From: the human T2T-CHM13v2.0 reference genome, Homo sapiens
DNA length: 64,000 nucleotides
Assembly (NCBI RefSeq): GCF_009914755.1
Contig: NC_060942.1
Strand: one strand, 5' to 3'
The notes beneath the pieces were generated by a model, which had not been told where the DNA came from, ran no database searches, and saw only the letters and a list, made by a program, of their open reading frames with translations. How positions within the stretch are numbered: position 1 is the first letter of the stretch; each line of letters begins with the position of its first letter. The position numbers were made by a program, and so were the translations under genes. This document shows positions 1-13,648 of the stretch, piece by piece.

Positions 1-1724
1 TTCTGCCCATTCAGCCTGGCAGACACTGCTCAGCTCACACTACTGGCCTGAACCCCCTGCCTCCAAGGGAGACTGTGAGTCAGGTAGGGAGCACCAAGGG
101 GTGTGGGAGTGAGCATGGGGTCCAGCCACTGCACACAGTCAGACACACCAGCTGCTGCCATGGGGCAGGAAGCTCCAGGTGCCAGCATGGGCACCGGTAC
201 TCTGCAAGGCTGCAGCTGGACCAGGTGCACCACAGGCAGTTTCCCCAGCTGGCACTGGGGAATGTGGTGTCACCTGGAATACTGGAGATGGCAGGAACTG
301 CAGTGCCCCAAAGAGGGAGATACAGCCCTGGCTCTTGAAGCTCCCAGGTCTGGGATCCCCAAAGGGTCACAGCTCTTCTCTACTTCCCTTTGCCTGCAAT
401 GTGGCAAATGGGTCATATTTCAACTGTTAGTGTTATAGCTCTTTTAGCCTCGCCATTTGTTGGTTCCCAAGTTCTCGTCCCGCAACCAGGAAGAATAAGT
501 TGCGCAGACAAGTGGAGGGTGAGCAAGATGAAAAGGAGTTTTATTGACAATAGAAAAGCTCAGAGGAGACCCACAGTAGGCAGCTCCTCTTTGTAGCCAG
601 GGTGTCCTGATAACTCTCAGCAGAGAGGGTAGCTCCTGTCTATAGCTGGTCGTCCTGTTGTCTGCTCTGCTCTGGTTGAGCCCAGGGCTTTTATGATCCT
701 CAGAGTGGAGGAAGTGTGCCTGCATTGGTCCATGGGTGGCCATAGGTGGGCCTGGAAAAGGCACCACAAGTTTCCACTCTGGTCACAGGACTGGCAGCCT
801 GGCCTCCAGCCTTCAGGCCCTTCCTGGCTTGAAGGTGGGGCCTCACCGTGGACCCACCCCCTTCTGCCCAGGAGCCTGTCTGCCTCCTGCCACTGTCCAT
901 GGCACCCAGACTGCTCATGCCGAGGGGCACCAGCAGGCCAGCACCGAGCTGCCCTCAGCCCTCCCTTGGCTTCCTCCCATGCTCGTCAGCACCCAAAGTC
1001 TAGAGGGGGCCAAAGTCTGCTGGCGTGTCAGCACTGCCCTGAGTGTATGTACTCCTGGCTGGGCTGTGACAGCCCGGGCTTGGCCCCAACCCTGTTCCAA
1101 TATTGCAGTGGGTGCCAGGAGCTAGGAGAGGCCAGACGGAGAGAACAGACAGCCCCAAGCCTGGGGGGTAAAGGCGGCCTTCTCAGGCCCCCAAGGGTGC
1201 AGAGTGCAGAGACACCTGGGTCCTGCGACAGGGAGGGCAGGGCTACAGCCCCAGCCATGACTCCTCTCAGCCTGGGGTGGGGGCTCCAGGTCCTCACTGG
1301 GCCCCTTTCTGTCCGCTCCTCCAAGCCCGACCACACTGTTCCCCTGCCAGTGGGCGACTTGGCCTAGCCCCATCACAGTAGCTCTCAGGGCAGCAGGCTC
1401 TCGGGGGTGGGGCTCCCACTGGCTCCGGGGAGTGCTGCACGAGCTGCGGCCCAGATCTGCCTCCTCCTTGCACACTCCCTGCAGGTGGTGGGCAAGAGTG
1501 GTGACGCAGGAACAGAGTCCGGAGTGGTGGAGGCTCCAGGCCTGGTAGCAGGTCCCGTGGGGGTGGGGGCTGTGCAGTCAGCTGCCTTGGGGACATGGGG
1601 CACAGGGGACCCATCAGTGCCATTTCTGCTCCTGCAGCTGCTCCTGCCACCACCACTCGCACCTTCCCACAGCAGCTGGAGCGATGGCAGCCGCTGCTCT
1701 GGATTGCCCACCACTGCCATCTAC
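1..1724 (-). mobile_element. MER52-type ERV1 LTR (GC-rich, cut by the window start)
   Basis: Minus strand begins TGTAGATGGCAGTGGTGGGCAATCCAGAGCAGCGGCTGCC and contains CCCTTTGGGGATCCCAGACCTGGGAGC, as in MER52 consensus. Accounts for the many overlapping GC-rich ORFs. Confidence 0.75.
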
Positions 1725-2267
1725 AGCCCTTCCCAAAAACTAAACTGTTGCTGTGAAACGAATGAAAGGCCACTAAGTTAGAAGGGTGAGAACGGCTTTA
1801 ATTCTAAATAATACCAGCCATTATTCCGGAGGCCGTAGGATTCACAACTTCCCCAATTACTCTTGCAGATAAGATCACTGTTGTAGAATCTAAGATTGGC
1901 CTTTTGAGATATCTTTTCACATTTCTGCAGTTTTGACAACCAGACGGTCCCACCTTGACCTGCCAATCAGTCCCGTGCCCCACCCCCCACCCAGCAACTG
2001 ACTCAGCAAAATAGGACAGCTTAGGTTCACTATGATTTCATCTCTGACCCAATCATCACGCTCCCTACCCTAGACCCCTACCCACCAAACTATCTTGGAA
2101 AAAATCTTAACCTCTGAGCCTTCAGGGAGATTGATTTGAGTAAAAACTTTGTCTCCCATGTTGCATAGCCAGCTTCATATCACTTAGGCTCGCTCTTTAC
2201 TGCAATGCCACGGTCTCAGTGAGTTGACTTTGTGCAGCAGGCAGGAAGAAACTTTTGGGCAGTTACA
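1725..2267 (+). mobile_element. ERV1 MER4-group LTR, 3' part (LTR26/LTR8-like)
   Basis: Motifs CCAGCCATTATTCCGGAGG, GAGATTGATTTGAGTAA and CTCTTTACTGCAAT; ends in ...GGGCAGTTACA. Confidence 0.65.
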
Positions 2268-2751
2268 GTCACAGATCTGTTAATCTATGACATAGGATAG
2301 GCCTCCCGGGATTGGACTTTTCCAGCACTAACCAGACAACAAAGGTTGACATGACAAAAGCCCCATAGGGATGAGACTTCTTCAGATGAACACCTGCAAG
2401 AGGTTTACACATTCAGGACAAAAAGTGTGCTGCTTAAAATCTTATATATCTTGGGTTCTCAACCATTTTCAGACTGGCCAGCTGACACGACCTCAAAATC
2501 ATGCTTCAGGCCCAATCCCAACCCCTCCACGGTGGAAACCAAGAGAGTGTGCTCCCACTTGGTCACCAGTCAACCTCTCAGTGACATAAAATAAGATGAG
2601 AAAGAACAGTGTCTTTTTTTTTTTTGGCTGCCCACAGCAAAGTTTATAGATGCTGGTATGATCAGAACTGCAAAACTGAACAGTCTGTAGGACTGGTTTG
2701 AATAACAGACTTATGGGGGTTTTAGGCTCACATTCTACCCTAGGCTACCCC

Positions 2752-3012
2752 TCTTTTTTTCCTTTAGAGATGGAATCTCACTTTTGTTTTGCTTCCCAGG
2801 CTGGAGCACAGTGACATGATCATAGTTCACTGCCACCTTGAATTCCTAGGCTCAAGCCATCCTCCTACCTTCATAGCTGGGACTACAGGTGCACACCAGT
2901 GTGCCCAGCTAATTTTTAAATTTTTTGTAGAAACAGGGTCTTGTCATCTTGCCCAGGCTGGTTTTAAACTCCTGGGCTCAAGCAGTCATCCTACCTTGAC
3001 CTCCCAAAGTGG
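2752..3012 (-). mobile_element. Alu (old, J-like, slightly 5'-truncated)
   Basis: Short poly-T then antisense Alu arms; CCCTCTTT on both sides (possible TSD). Confidence 0.9.
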
Positions 3013-3285
3013 TGACCCTCTTTGTGACAAAACAACACAGAAAGACAAAGACAAGACTATTTCTAGGAGGAAAGGGACCAAAAATTTATGAATATTCATA
3101 GCAGAAGGTACACGAGTTGCTACATGGAAGATAATCACTCAAATTCTTTTCTCTCATTAATCAAGATTTTGCAGAGCAAAAAGGGACAATTATTTTTTTC
3201 CCTCTGCTTGACTGAATCTCTGTCTACTGGTATGTCAAGTCCTGGGTTACCTTAACTGTGGCTTTCAGAAAAGCACAGCTTTGGT

Positions 3286-3303
3286 ATCATGCTCATAGTG
3301 CCA
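3286..3303 (-). other. Degenerate retroviral primer-binding site (tRNA-Ser-like)
   Basis: Minus strand TGGCACTATGAGCATGAT, 4 nt after the LTR terminal CA; 15/18 match to TGGCGCTGTGAGCAGGAT. Confidence 0.6.
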
Positions 3304-3307
3304 AAAC

Positions 3308-3856
3308 TGTAGGGCCAAGGGAAAAACTTTTCCTTTGCCCTCTGAAGTTTCACTGAAAAATCAACTCATATAAGGCAGATTAATAAAAGGCATACATATT
3401 CATTTACAGGAACATGGGAGAGGACCAAAGAGGGATTATCCCCGCTCCCCAATTGGGTTCAGGAGCTTATATGCAATCTTGAGGTTACAGAAAGAATGGG
3501 GGCTTGGAATGGCAAAACAGGTTATGGGAGGGGAAGAAAAGGACACTTGGCTAGCAAAGGTGGGTGGTCTTATTATTTAGATGAAATCTCACAGGTAGCA
3601 GCCCTCAGAGAGAATCGACAATGGTGAATGTTCCTTTCAGACTTTTAAAGGTGTCAGAAGCTCAGTTAATCTTTTCTAAGTCTGGACAAGGGAAAGCCTC
3701 AGCGAAAGCCCAGCTCCATCAGTGCAAATCTTCTCTACGAATGCCGATCTACCCCAGAGACAGTTTTCAGGGCTACTTCTGTTTGCTAGCCCTCTGAACA
3801 GCCGTCTCAAAATATGCCAAAGTATATTTTGGGGTGAAATATTTTTGTTTCCTTCA
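3308..3856 (-). mobile_element. MER34/MER39-family ERV1 LTR, full length (~550 bp)
   Basis: Minus strand starts TGAAGGAAACAAAAATATTTCACCCCAAAATATAC and ends GGCCCTACA (TG...CA). Confidence 0.75.
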
Positions 3857-5998
3857 ATCTGATGCCAAATCACTTTATAAAAAGAACAGGAGACTCATCT
3901 CTGCCTTTGTTATTTTGCATGGTCTGTGATAGACATTACTGATAAAGTTGAACGTGTCCAGGAAATGTGATAAAGTAAGAACCCTCAATGCAAAGACTTT
4001 GGTCATGCTGGCAGCTGTTCCTGGGGCTAAGAAAACAATATTCATGCACTGATCTGCTGGTTATATTTCATTATAAATAGGGGTTAGTGGCCCTAAAGAG
4101 AGGGCTTTGATCACTTGTAAGAGCTCAGTGATGATATAACACTTGAAAAAATCTTCACCACATTTTATTATTTCTTTGCCCTCCTCTGGTCACTTCAAGT
4201 TAGAAATACAAATTATAAAAAATAAGCTATTACATTTTCACAGACGAACTAATGAAAAAAGGCTTTTAGAAAATATTTAAATTATCCCAGATAAACTGTG
4301 TTAATCCTACTGACAGTCTATTTGTAATATAAGAATAATGCTGTCAATCTCACAATTTGAAATCGGTCACAGGCTGATTTTTTAAAAATACCTTACAAAA
4401 TATCCTACAAAATATCTTTACCTTCCCACAAGTCTCATCCAGAGTCACTCCCCGATAAACTGTAAGACAAGTCTCTCAGTGTTTATGGATCAAATTTCCC
4501 TCCAAGTCTTTCTTCTTCAACATTTGCTAGATTTGTCCTGCTTTCTACCTCCCAGTAAACAGTGTACAGAGGTCGGGACAGAAGCATCTCTTTCATCCGG
4601 CAAAGAGCTTATGGAACCTCAGCCATAGGCTCAGGCATTATCCCAGCCTTGGAAATAGAGCCAATATGTAGGAAATACAGACATATCAGTCAGTAGATAT
4701 ATACACGAGCTTGCCTATGACATGAAAATGGACTGTTATTGGCTATTCCATCCCTCTTCCATTCAACTTGGATTATAGCTTTAGCATATAAAACCTTTTG
4801 GTCCTTCCAAACCATACGGACTTGAGTGGGTAGATAAACCACAAGAGGTTTGATCATTTGTCAATAGTTTTATCAAAATTAATATATATAGTATTTATAG
4901 AACGCTGTGATTCACCAAGGGGGTAAATAGATCAGTCAACAGTGAATACAGCTGATTTGGCTTGGCTTGTTCTTCCTAAACTACGTTGCTGTCTTGTGGG
5001 TATATGACAATCGAAGTAACACAGAAGGTGGCATAAGTAGATTAGTACTTGCCAGATGGATGATATTGATATGAATGATATGAGTATAGATGAGGGAAGG
5101 AAAGGAAAGTTTTCCATGAGTAGAATGTGAATATCGGCTAATGAGTGATTGTCCCTCAGTTCAAAATCCTATGAAAGCAAGTTGTGAAGATGAAGATTTT
5201 TCTATCCAGAGTGTTTTAGAAAGGAAGGTGTAAGGATTTGATCTAAAATTACTTTCCTTTTGTTCTCAACTCTCTTACCCAGGCTTCATTCTACTTTTTC
5301 TTTGTCTTCACGATCAAAAATCAGTGAGTACAGAACTTGTATTTTCATCCTTTGTTAGATAAAAATCCACATTTTGTTTGAGAGATGAAGTTAAATTCCT
5401 TATGGCTACCCCTGGGATTAAAACACTTACCCTAAACTTAAACTGGCTAAAATGTTTTCAATAGATCAAGGAGGTAAATACACTCCTGTAAAGCAGTAGT
5501 GTATGTTAATAATATTTTTAAAAATTAACCAAATCTTATAAGCCAATTACTTTTAATGACAGACAAAGAAGAATTGTCTTTATGGCTTAAAAACATTATA
5601 AAGACCAATTTAACTTATTTAAAATGATTTTCGAAATGGCCATATTTTCTGCAAAATAATTAAGCTGTCATACGGACTTCTTTATAATCAAAATTGACCA
5701 TTGCCAATGTTAGTTACCATAAAGGTATTTAAATACAAAAATAAAATTGTTTTGAGTTATAATCAATTTTTAGTTTATTATTCTTTATTCTCAGGCTTTA
5801 TACTTAGGAAATGTTGAATATCCTTTGACCAAAAGTTTTCAGGTTTAATTTTTCATCTAGTTCTCCATCTTGTCTACATCATATCTCTTTTATGGGTCTC
5901 TATTGCTATCACACATGTTCTTTAATTTTTATCAACAATGGTGTGTTTTTGTTTTGGATTTTGAAAATATTTGGTATTTTGTTTAATGAAATGGCCAT

Positions 5999-6482
5999 TG
6001 AGATACAGCCACAAGAGGAGACAGAGGAAAGGCTCAGGAATAAAACAAAGTTTATTATATTTAGAGGTCATAGAGACAGAAGGCAGGGCACACTACACAG
6101 GGCCACAGGGGAAAGAAACTAGATTGGTTAGGAAAGAGAAGACAGGAGTGAAGGGGAGGGTTAGTCTAGAGCCTTTACTGGTGTTTCTTTGGGAAAGGCA
6201 AGGCAGGGAAGGGTGAACAGTGTAGAATTGGCTAGGTATAATTTTGGTGGACTTTGGGCTGTGGGGCGGTTCCTGATTTTTTGGCATCTGACTTTGGGAT
6301 GACTAAGGCAGAGGAATATTGCCTTCTGGGGTGTTTGGGCCAGACAGAGGAAGTATGGCTTTAGATTGGTTGATTTGTACATCAACGCAATGTTCCAGGC
6401 GAGGTCCTTTGCTATCTCTGGAGTTGACTAGCTCAAGGAACAGTAATTTCTCACCACCCAGAAAGGCTTTTCAGGATGTCAA
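5999..6482 (-). mobile_element. ERVL-type LTR (MER76-like)
   Basis: TGAGATACAGCCACAAGAG...AAGTTTATTATA...CAGGGCCACAGGGGAAAG resembles the remembered MER76 consensus; subfamily and strand uncertain. Confidence 0.5.
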
Positions 6483-7937
6483 AACAATATAATAAACAAA
6501 GTTAAAACACACAACAGCGAAACTTTTTTTTTTTTCTGAAAAAAGGCTACTGGCTGTTATTTCTTGCCAGAATCAATAAAAATTCCTCCTAAAAGATAAT
6601 TAAAAATTATCTTCTCTAATGTATTGCTGCAACCTGGCCATCAAACAGCACTAAATGTAACTTGTCTTAATTTTTACCAAAGAAAAGTTGGTAGCATTAC
6701 AATCTGTCTGTCTTCCTTCGAGAGATAGAGATGTGAAATGCAAACACTGAACATAATGTTCTGTGTGAGCTCTAAAAACACCAAGAAATAGATGTAGGAA
6801 GTTACGTAGAATGGTGGTCTCAAGTATCATCCCCAACTGTTGATACAAACTAAACTTGCAGTCAGGGATGCTATAGCATAAAATATTCATGCTGTTATTG
6901 GTGCTGAAGGCGACTGCTGATTTATTTGCAATTAGTAGTAAAGAATTCATAACAATGCTATGATGCTCAGCCCTCATAAACCCTGGGAGGCTTCTGTATT
7001 TTGCAGGCTTGCAGTTCTGTTGTCACTGCTATACTTTTTTAAAAAAGAAATGAGCTAAACCTTGTCAGAGCTGACGGCACTATCTTTTGGAGCTTTTCTT
7101 CTCCCAATTGAAGATAAAGGCAAGGAAGCTGGCCTGCCACACAGAGGCTGGTTCCTGGACCTTCTGGGATCTCTCATTCCGGTCAGTTTGCTTTATCGGG
7201 CACCTGCCCAAGGATGAAGAAATCATAACTCATAATGACTTGTTTGAAATATTTTAGACCACGTGGGTGAGAAGAACACACTTTAAAATAAAAGGAATGT
7301 GTAGTCATCCTTCCTTACGTTTGCCTTCCACATATGTCCTGCTGATCTAGTATTTTGATGTTCTTTAGTGAAACAACATTTATCCAGGGAAATTCTAAGG
7401 ATATAGGAATCCATCAACACTAGATTTGTAAGCCAACAAGGAAACAATAGAGGGCAACTAAATCAATCATTTGTCATAAATACAAATGTCACTAATCCAA
7501 AGTTGGTGGCCACTTTTCTGTTTTTACATCAGAGCCTAGAGAATCTATTGTTTACTGATCTGACACTCTTGGTAGCTTTTTCCAGATTCCACTTTGGTGC
7601 TGATCTACATTCCTTTTCTCAGTGATAAATGCCATTTAGAGTTGTATTATTAATAGGATTTAATTTTGACAGCCAGTTTTACCAAATTTGGCCTATAAAG
7701 GCATACATTCTTCATATGCATAGGCATACATTCTTTACTTGATGGCTACATCATTCAACTATTGTATTATTAAGAAAGCCTTGTATTTACATTGGATGTC
7801 ACAGTTTATAAAGAAAACATAGATGTATTTTCTCAAGCCATAGAACTGTGCTTTATAGTGACAATTTCCATATTATGGGCCCATAATGTTTAGGGTTAAT
7901 TCTGCATTGTAATGGCTAACAGAAGGAATGGTCTGGA

Positions 7938-8035
7938 TCAGTGCTTCTCAAATTGAAATGTACTTATGAAGCCCATAAATATCTTTGTAAATGCAGATTC
8001 TGACTGAGTAGTCTAGGATGAGGTCTGAGAGTCAA
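7938..8035. mobile_element. MER5-like hAT fragment
   Basis: CAGTGCTTCTCAAA terminus plus AAATGCAGATTCTGACTGAGTAGTCTAGGATGAGGTCTGAGA. Confidence 0.55.
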
Positions 8036-8207
8036 AAACATGAATGTGGGGAGCCTACATGCATTGTGCTCAGGAGCTGCCTTAGAGATTTTTGCCTTCC
8101 ATATCTCCCCTTTAAAATTGCCTCTGACGTTTGCTTTTGGGCTGCTCCCTAAAATAACCACCTGCCAGTTTATCATCTCTTGTCGCAGACCCTCCATTTC
8201 CCTAGAA

Positions 8208-8408
8208 TAGTGTTGCTAGATTTACCAAATAAAAATAGATGACACCAGTTAAATTTGAATTTCAGATAAACAATGAATATGTTTTTAATATAATTGTGTC
8301 TAAAATATTGCATGGTACACATTTATACTAAAAATGTATTCATTGTTTACCTGAAATTCAAATTTAACTGGATGACCTGTATTTTATACTGTAATCGTAC
8401 CCTGGAAA
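8208..8408. mobile_element. MER53 palindromic hAT MITE
   Basis: Inverted arms CCAGTTAAATTTGAATTTCAGATAAACAATGAATA / TATTCATTGTTTACCTGAAATTCAAATTTAACTGG. Confidence 0.85.
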
Positions 8409-8437
8409 CAAATGCCTTGGTGTGTATTGGTCTAGGT

Positions 8438-8650
8438 CAATCTCAACACTGTTGACTTGGGGTCCAGATACTTGTATGTTGTGGTAGACCATCTTGTGCA
8501 TTATAGGAAGTCTAGCAGCATCTATGGCTTCCACTTACCAAACACCTATTACAAGCCCGTCCCTTGTTGTCACAACTGAAAGTGTCTCCAGACATTGGCA
8601 GTGTCCCTGGAGAAAAAAGAAAGCAGCCCCAGTTTCGAACTATTGGTCTA
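8438..8650 (+). mobile_element. MER20 hAT element
   Basis: TTGTGCATTATAGGAAGTCTAGCAGCATC...GTCTCCAGACATTGGCAGTGTCCCTGG. Confidence 0.75.
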
Positions 8651-8720
8651 GAGGGAGGAGGGTGTGTGTGTGTGTTTCTAAATATGTAGGTTGAGAAAAC
8701 AAAATATTAGTAAAGTTTTC

Positions 8721-9009
8721 GGCAAGGTGCAGTGCCTCACACTTGTAATCCTAGCACTTTGGGAGGCTGAGGTGGGTAGATCACTTCAGCCCAGGAGTTC
8801 GGGACCATCCTGGGCAACATGGTAAGACTGTCTCTATAAAAAATACAAAAATTAGCCAGGCATGGTGGTGTGCACCTTTAATCCCAGGTACTTTGGAGGT
8901 TGAGGTGGGAGGATCACCTGAGCCAGGGGAGGTTGAGGCTTCAGTGAGCCAAGATAGCACCACTGTACTATAGCCTGGGTGACAGAGTGAGACAATATAA
9001 AAAAAAAAA
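8721..9009 (+). mobile_element. Alu (J-like), full length
   Basis: Two arms, A tail, TSD ATTAGTAAAGTTTT on both sides. Confidence 0.95.
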
Positions 9010-9399
9010 TTAGTAAAGTTTTGGTAACGTGTCTTTCTTTGTCAAATATGATAGGAGAGATGTAATGGGAGTTTCTAAGTTAGGTTCTGTGGAAGTCATG
9101 AGATTAAAAAAAAATTACAAGCAAATATTTTGTCATATTTTATCTACGTATGAATCTGCTTCCCTGTCCCGTATTCTCCTAAAACATGCACCAAGTAGCA
9201 CTTAAAGCTATATTAATGATAATGTAAAGAGTATACTGTTTCCTGAGTATTTTGTTCCATTTCTATACCCATGAAATAAACATATTTCCTGTGTGTCTCT
9301 GGGGCTAAATATAAACTCTCTTCCCCAGCATTCATGATCTTTCACTGGCTTCCTCCTCCCTCCCCAAAACTCCCCTCCCCACTTTGGGGTTTCCTCCAT

Positions 9400-10090
9400 A
9401 TTTCCTAACGTTCCTCTCTCATCTGCTTCATCAGGCCATGTAAACCAAACTGACACAGTTCACACTTAACTGTGAATTCCAAGCAATTTCTGATCATGTG
9501 CTTTGCTAGTATTGCCCTCCATTCACACTGCCTCATAGCCATCCTCAAATACATTCTATAAAACCTAACTTTCAAGAAACCCTACTTTATTTCCCCAACC
9601 CATAAGAATCACTCTCTTTTCTGGCACTGTCCATAACACAACTCACTTTCTCCCTTGGATAAGAAACAGTTACTAACAAGTTATCTCCCATACTAACCTT
9701 GAAAGACTTTAGAGTAGGTTTTGGGACTGCATTAGTGTTACATTGTCCAAATCACCACCTACATGCAGTCCCCAAGGTATCCTCATATTTAGCTTATGCA
9801 CATGCGTTTAATTCTGCTTAGAATGTTTTAACCCCATAGCCTTTTCTGACCTCCCCATTTAAAATTATTATGACTCTGAGACAACACACACTAAACCACC
9901 TTTCCTAATTTATTTTTCCCCATGAAGTCATTATTTTCTCTCACATGTTATTTTTACTTATTTGTTTATTATCTGATTCTCCCTGAGAGTATATAATTTT
10001 TACTAGGACGGGTCACTTGTGTCTCTTTCCCTAGTGACTGGAGTAGTTTCTGGCACAGAGTAGGTGTTCAATAAACAATTGTTGAAAAAG
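9400..10090 (+). mobile_element. L2 3' remnants
   Basis: Ends CTGGCACAGAGTAGGTGTTCAATAAACAATTGTTGAA, the typical L2 3' terminus; left boundary approximate. Confidence 0.6.
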
Positions 10091-10667
10091 TAATTAATGT
10101 GCTGGGATATCTGAAGGTATTTCAAAAGGTGTTGGTCTCAAATATATTTGATACTTGAGAATATCAGTAGAATAATTTTGAAGGGACAAAACTTCCATGG
10201 GTGTAGAACTTCTAAAACACACCCGGGCACAAAGTTATCACTTTATAATCCTATCTTGAGGTTATTTCACACAGAAGGCTTAGAGAGAAAAAGCTGAAAA
10301 GTTGTATTGATTGCAATTTTGGGGGAAGTGTACTAAAAAGACTCCCATGCTTAAACTGCTCTAATACCAGGTGCAGGAAATACCACAATTGCTGATAGAA
10401 CAAATACTATATTACTTGTTACTGGCTGAGTAGATTTAGAAATCAAATTGGACCTAAAGGAAAGTGAAAGAAAGCTCTTTCATAAACCTTTGCTTCTTTT
10501 TCCTTTCCTCTTTTTTATTGTCTTCATAAAAGTTTCATTTGAGGGAATAAAGTGCCCCCTGGGGCTGTGTCTACATGAAACCTTAAGGTATTAAGCATTC
10601 ATTTTTGTGCAGTTGATCACACAAGTCAATCATGCCAAATTGGGAAGTTATTCTCCCAATATGTTAA

Positions 10668-11011
<344 letters not shown>

Positions 11012-11019
11012 ATGTTGTT

Positions 11020-11165
11020 TGGTCTTTGTCAGGACTACTGTCGCAGCTCAAGAGCAGCCATAGACAATAGGTAAACAAATGGGCATAACTGTGTCCCAAT
11101 TACTCTTTGTTTTATGATATTGAAATTAAATTTCATATATGCTTCACATGTCAGGAAATATTTTT
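11020..11165 (+). mobile_element. MER58B left portion
   Basis: GCAGCCATAGACAATAGGTAAACAAATGGGC...GAAATTAAATTTCATATA...CACATGTCAGGAAATATT. Confidence 0.7.
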
Positions 11166-11410
11166 CATTTTAAATTTTTGTGGGTACATAGTAGGTGTAT
11201 ATATTTATGGGGTGCATGAGGTGTTTTGATACAGGCATGTGGTATGTAATAATTATGTCATGGAAAATGGGATATTCATCCCATCAAAGATTTTTCCTTT
11301 GTGTTACAAACAATCCAGTTATATATTTTTAGTTATTTTTAAATGTACTATCAGATTATTATTGATTATAGTCACTCCGTTGTGCTATCAAATACTAGGT
11401 CTTATTCATT

Positions 11411-11730
11411 CTTTTTTTTTTCTTTCTTTTTGAGACAGGGTTTCACTCTGTCACCCAGGCTGGAGTGCAGTGGTGCATTTCAGCTTCAGCTCACTGCAAC
11501 TTCTGCCTCCTGTGTTCAAGCAATTCTTGTGTCTCAGCCTCTGGAGTAACTGGAATTATAGCCATTCACTACCACACCCAGCTATTTGTGTGTGTATGTG
11601 TGTATTTTTAGTAGAGATGTGGTTTCACCATGTTGGCCAGGTTGGTCTGGAACTCCTGGCCTCAAATGAGTTTGCCTGCCTCAGCCTCCCAAAGTGTTAG
11701 GATTACAGGCGTTAGCCACCTTGCCCGGCC
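11411..11730 (-). mobile_element. Alu inserted in the L1 3'UTR
   Basis: Antisense Alu; TSD CTTATTCATTCTTT. Confidence 0.95.
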
Positions 11731-13470
11731 TTATTCATTCTTTCTAATTATGTTTTGTATCCCGTAACCATCCCCACTTCCCCCTGAAACCCCTACTACC
11801 TTTCCCAGCCTCTGGTAACCATCCTTCTAATCTATTTCCTGAGGTCAATTGTTTTGATATTTTAGCTCCTACAAATAATTTAGAATATGTGAAGTTTGTA
11901 TTTCTGTGTCTGAGTTATTTCACTTAACATAATGACCTCCACCTCCATCAGTGTTGTTGAAAATGATTAACTCTCATTCTTTTTTATGGCTGAATAGTAC
12001 TCCATTATGCATATGTACCACATTCTCTTTATTCATTCATCTGTTCTTGGACACTCAAGTTGCTTCCAAATCTTGGCTGTTGTGAACAGTGCTACAACAA
12101 ACATGAGAGTGCAGACATCTCTTTGTTATATTGATTTCCTTTTTTTAGGTATATATGCAGTAGTGGGATTACTGGATTATATGATAGTTCTATTTTTAGT
12201 TTTTTGAGGAACCCACAAACTGTTCTCCATAGGGGTTGTCTAATTTACTTTCCCACCAACACTGTAGAAGGGCTCCCTTTTCTCCACATCCTCTCCAGCA
12301 TTTTTATTACCTGTCTTTTGGATAAAAGCCATTTTAACTGAGGAGAGATGATATCTCATTGTAGCTTTGATTTGCATTTTTCTGATGATTGATGATGTTG
12401 AGCACTTTTTCATATGCCTCTTTGCCATTTTATTATCTTCTGAGAAATGTTTATTCAAATCTTTTGACCATTTAAAAACATTGGATTAGACTTTTTCCTA
12501 TAAGATGTTTAAGCTCCTTATATATTCTGGTTACTAGTCCCTTGTCAGATGGGTAGTTTGCAAATATTTTCTTCCAATCTGTGGGTTTCCTTTTCATGTT
12601 GACTGTTCTTTGCCAAGCAGAAGCTTTATAACTTGATGTGACCCAGTTTATCTAATTTTGCTTTGGTTGCCTATGCTTATGGGATGTTACTCAAGAAATT
12701 TTTGCACAGACCAAGGTTCTAGAGAGTTCCCCAAAAGTTTTACTGTAGTAGTTTCATAGATTGAAGTCTTACATTTAAGTCTTTAATCCATTTTGATTTT
12801 TGTATATGGCAAGAGATAAGTGTCACATTTCATTCTTCTGCCTATGAATATCCAGTTTCCCACCACCGTTCATTGTTGAAAATGATTTACTGTAAGTATA
12901 TGGATTTATTGCTGGGTTCTGTATTCTGTTCCATTGGTCTATGTGTCTGGATTTATGCCAGTACCATGCTGTGTTGGTTACTATAGCTCTGTAGTATAAT
13001 TTGAAGTCAGGTAATGTGATTATTTTAGTTTTTTTCTTTTTGCTCAGGACAGATTTGGCTATTTGGGGTCTTCTGTGGTTCCATATAAATTTTAGGAATT
13101 TTTAATATTTCTGTGAAGAATGCCATTTGTGCTTTGATAGGGATTACATTGAATCTTTAGATTGCTTTGAGTAGTGTGGAAATTTTAAAAATACTGATTC
13201 TTCCAATCCATGAACATGAAATATCTTTCTATTTTTGTATGTCTTCTTTAATTTCTTTCATTAGTTTTTAATAGTTTTCATTTTGAGATCTTTCACTTCT
13301 TTGGTTAACTTCAAAGTATTTAATATTATGTGTGGCTATGGTAAATGGGATTACTTTTTATTTCTTTTTCAGATTGTTCAGTGTAGGTATATAGAAATGT
13401 TAATGATTTGTATGTTGATTTTATATCCTGCAACTTTACTGAATGTGTTTATCAGTTCTAATAGTTGTTT

Positions 13471-13648
13471 TAGGGATCCTTTAGGTTTTTACAAATATAA
13501 GATCATTTCATCTAGAAACAATTTTGGGTTCGACTTGCCCTTTCTTTTTTAGTTCTTTATAGGGATCCTTTAGGTTTTTACAAATATAAGATCATTTCAT
13601 CTGGAAACAATTTTGGTTTGGACTTGCCTTTTCTTTTTTAGTTCTTTA
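13471..13648. repeat. 89 bp tandem duplication inside L1 ORF2
   Basis: TAGGGATCCTTTAGG...AGTTCTTTA starts at 13471 and again at 13560; about 4 mismatches. Confidence 0.92.

Larger units (their letters stand above)
2268..3307 (-). mobile_element. ERV1 internal (leader) remnant next to a minus-strand LTR, interrupted by an Alu
   Basis: Directly follows the LTR 3' end on the minus strand and starts with a PBS-like sequence. Confidence 0.55.

Noticed and set aside
30-1781. Many overlapping ORFs up to 224 aa
   Set aside because: All lie in a GC-rich MER52-like LTR where stops are rare; no recognisable protein motif.
8208-8408. Long palindrome, possible miRNA hairpin
   Set aside because: Explained by the intrinsic symmetry of MER53; no locus-specific evidence.
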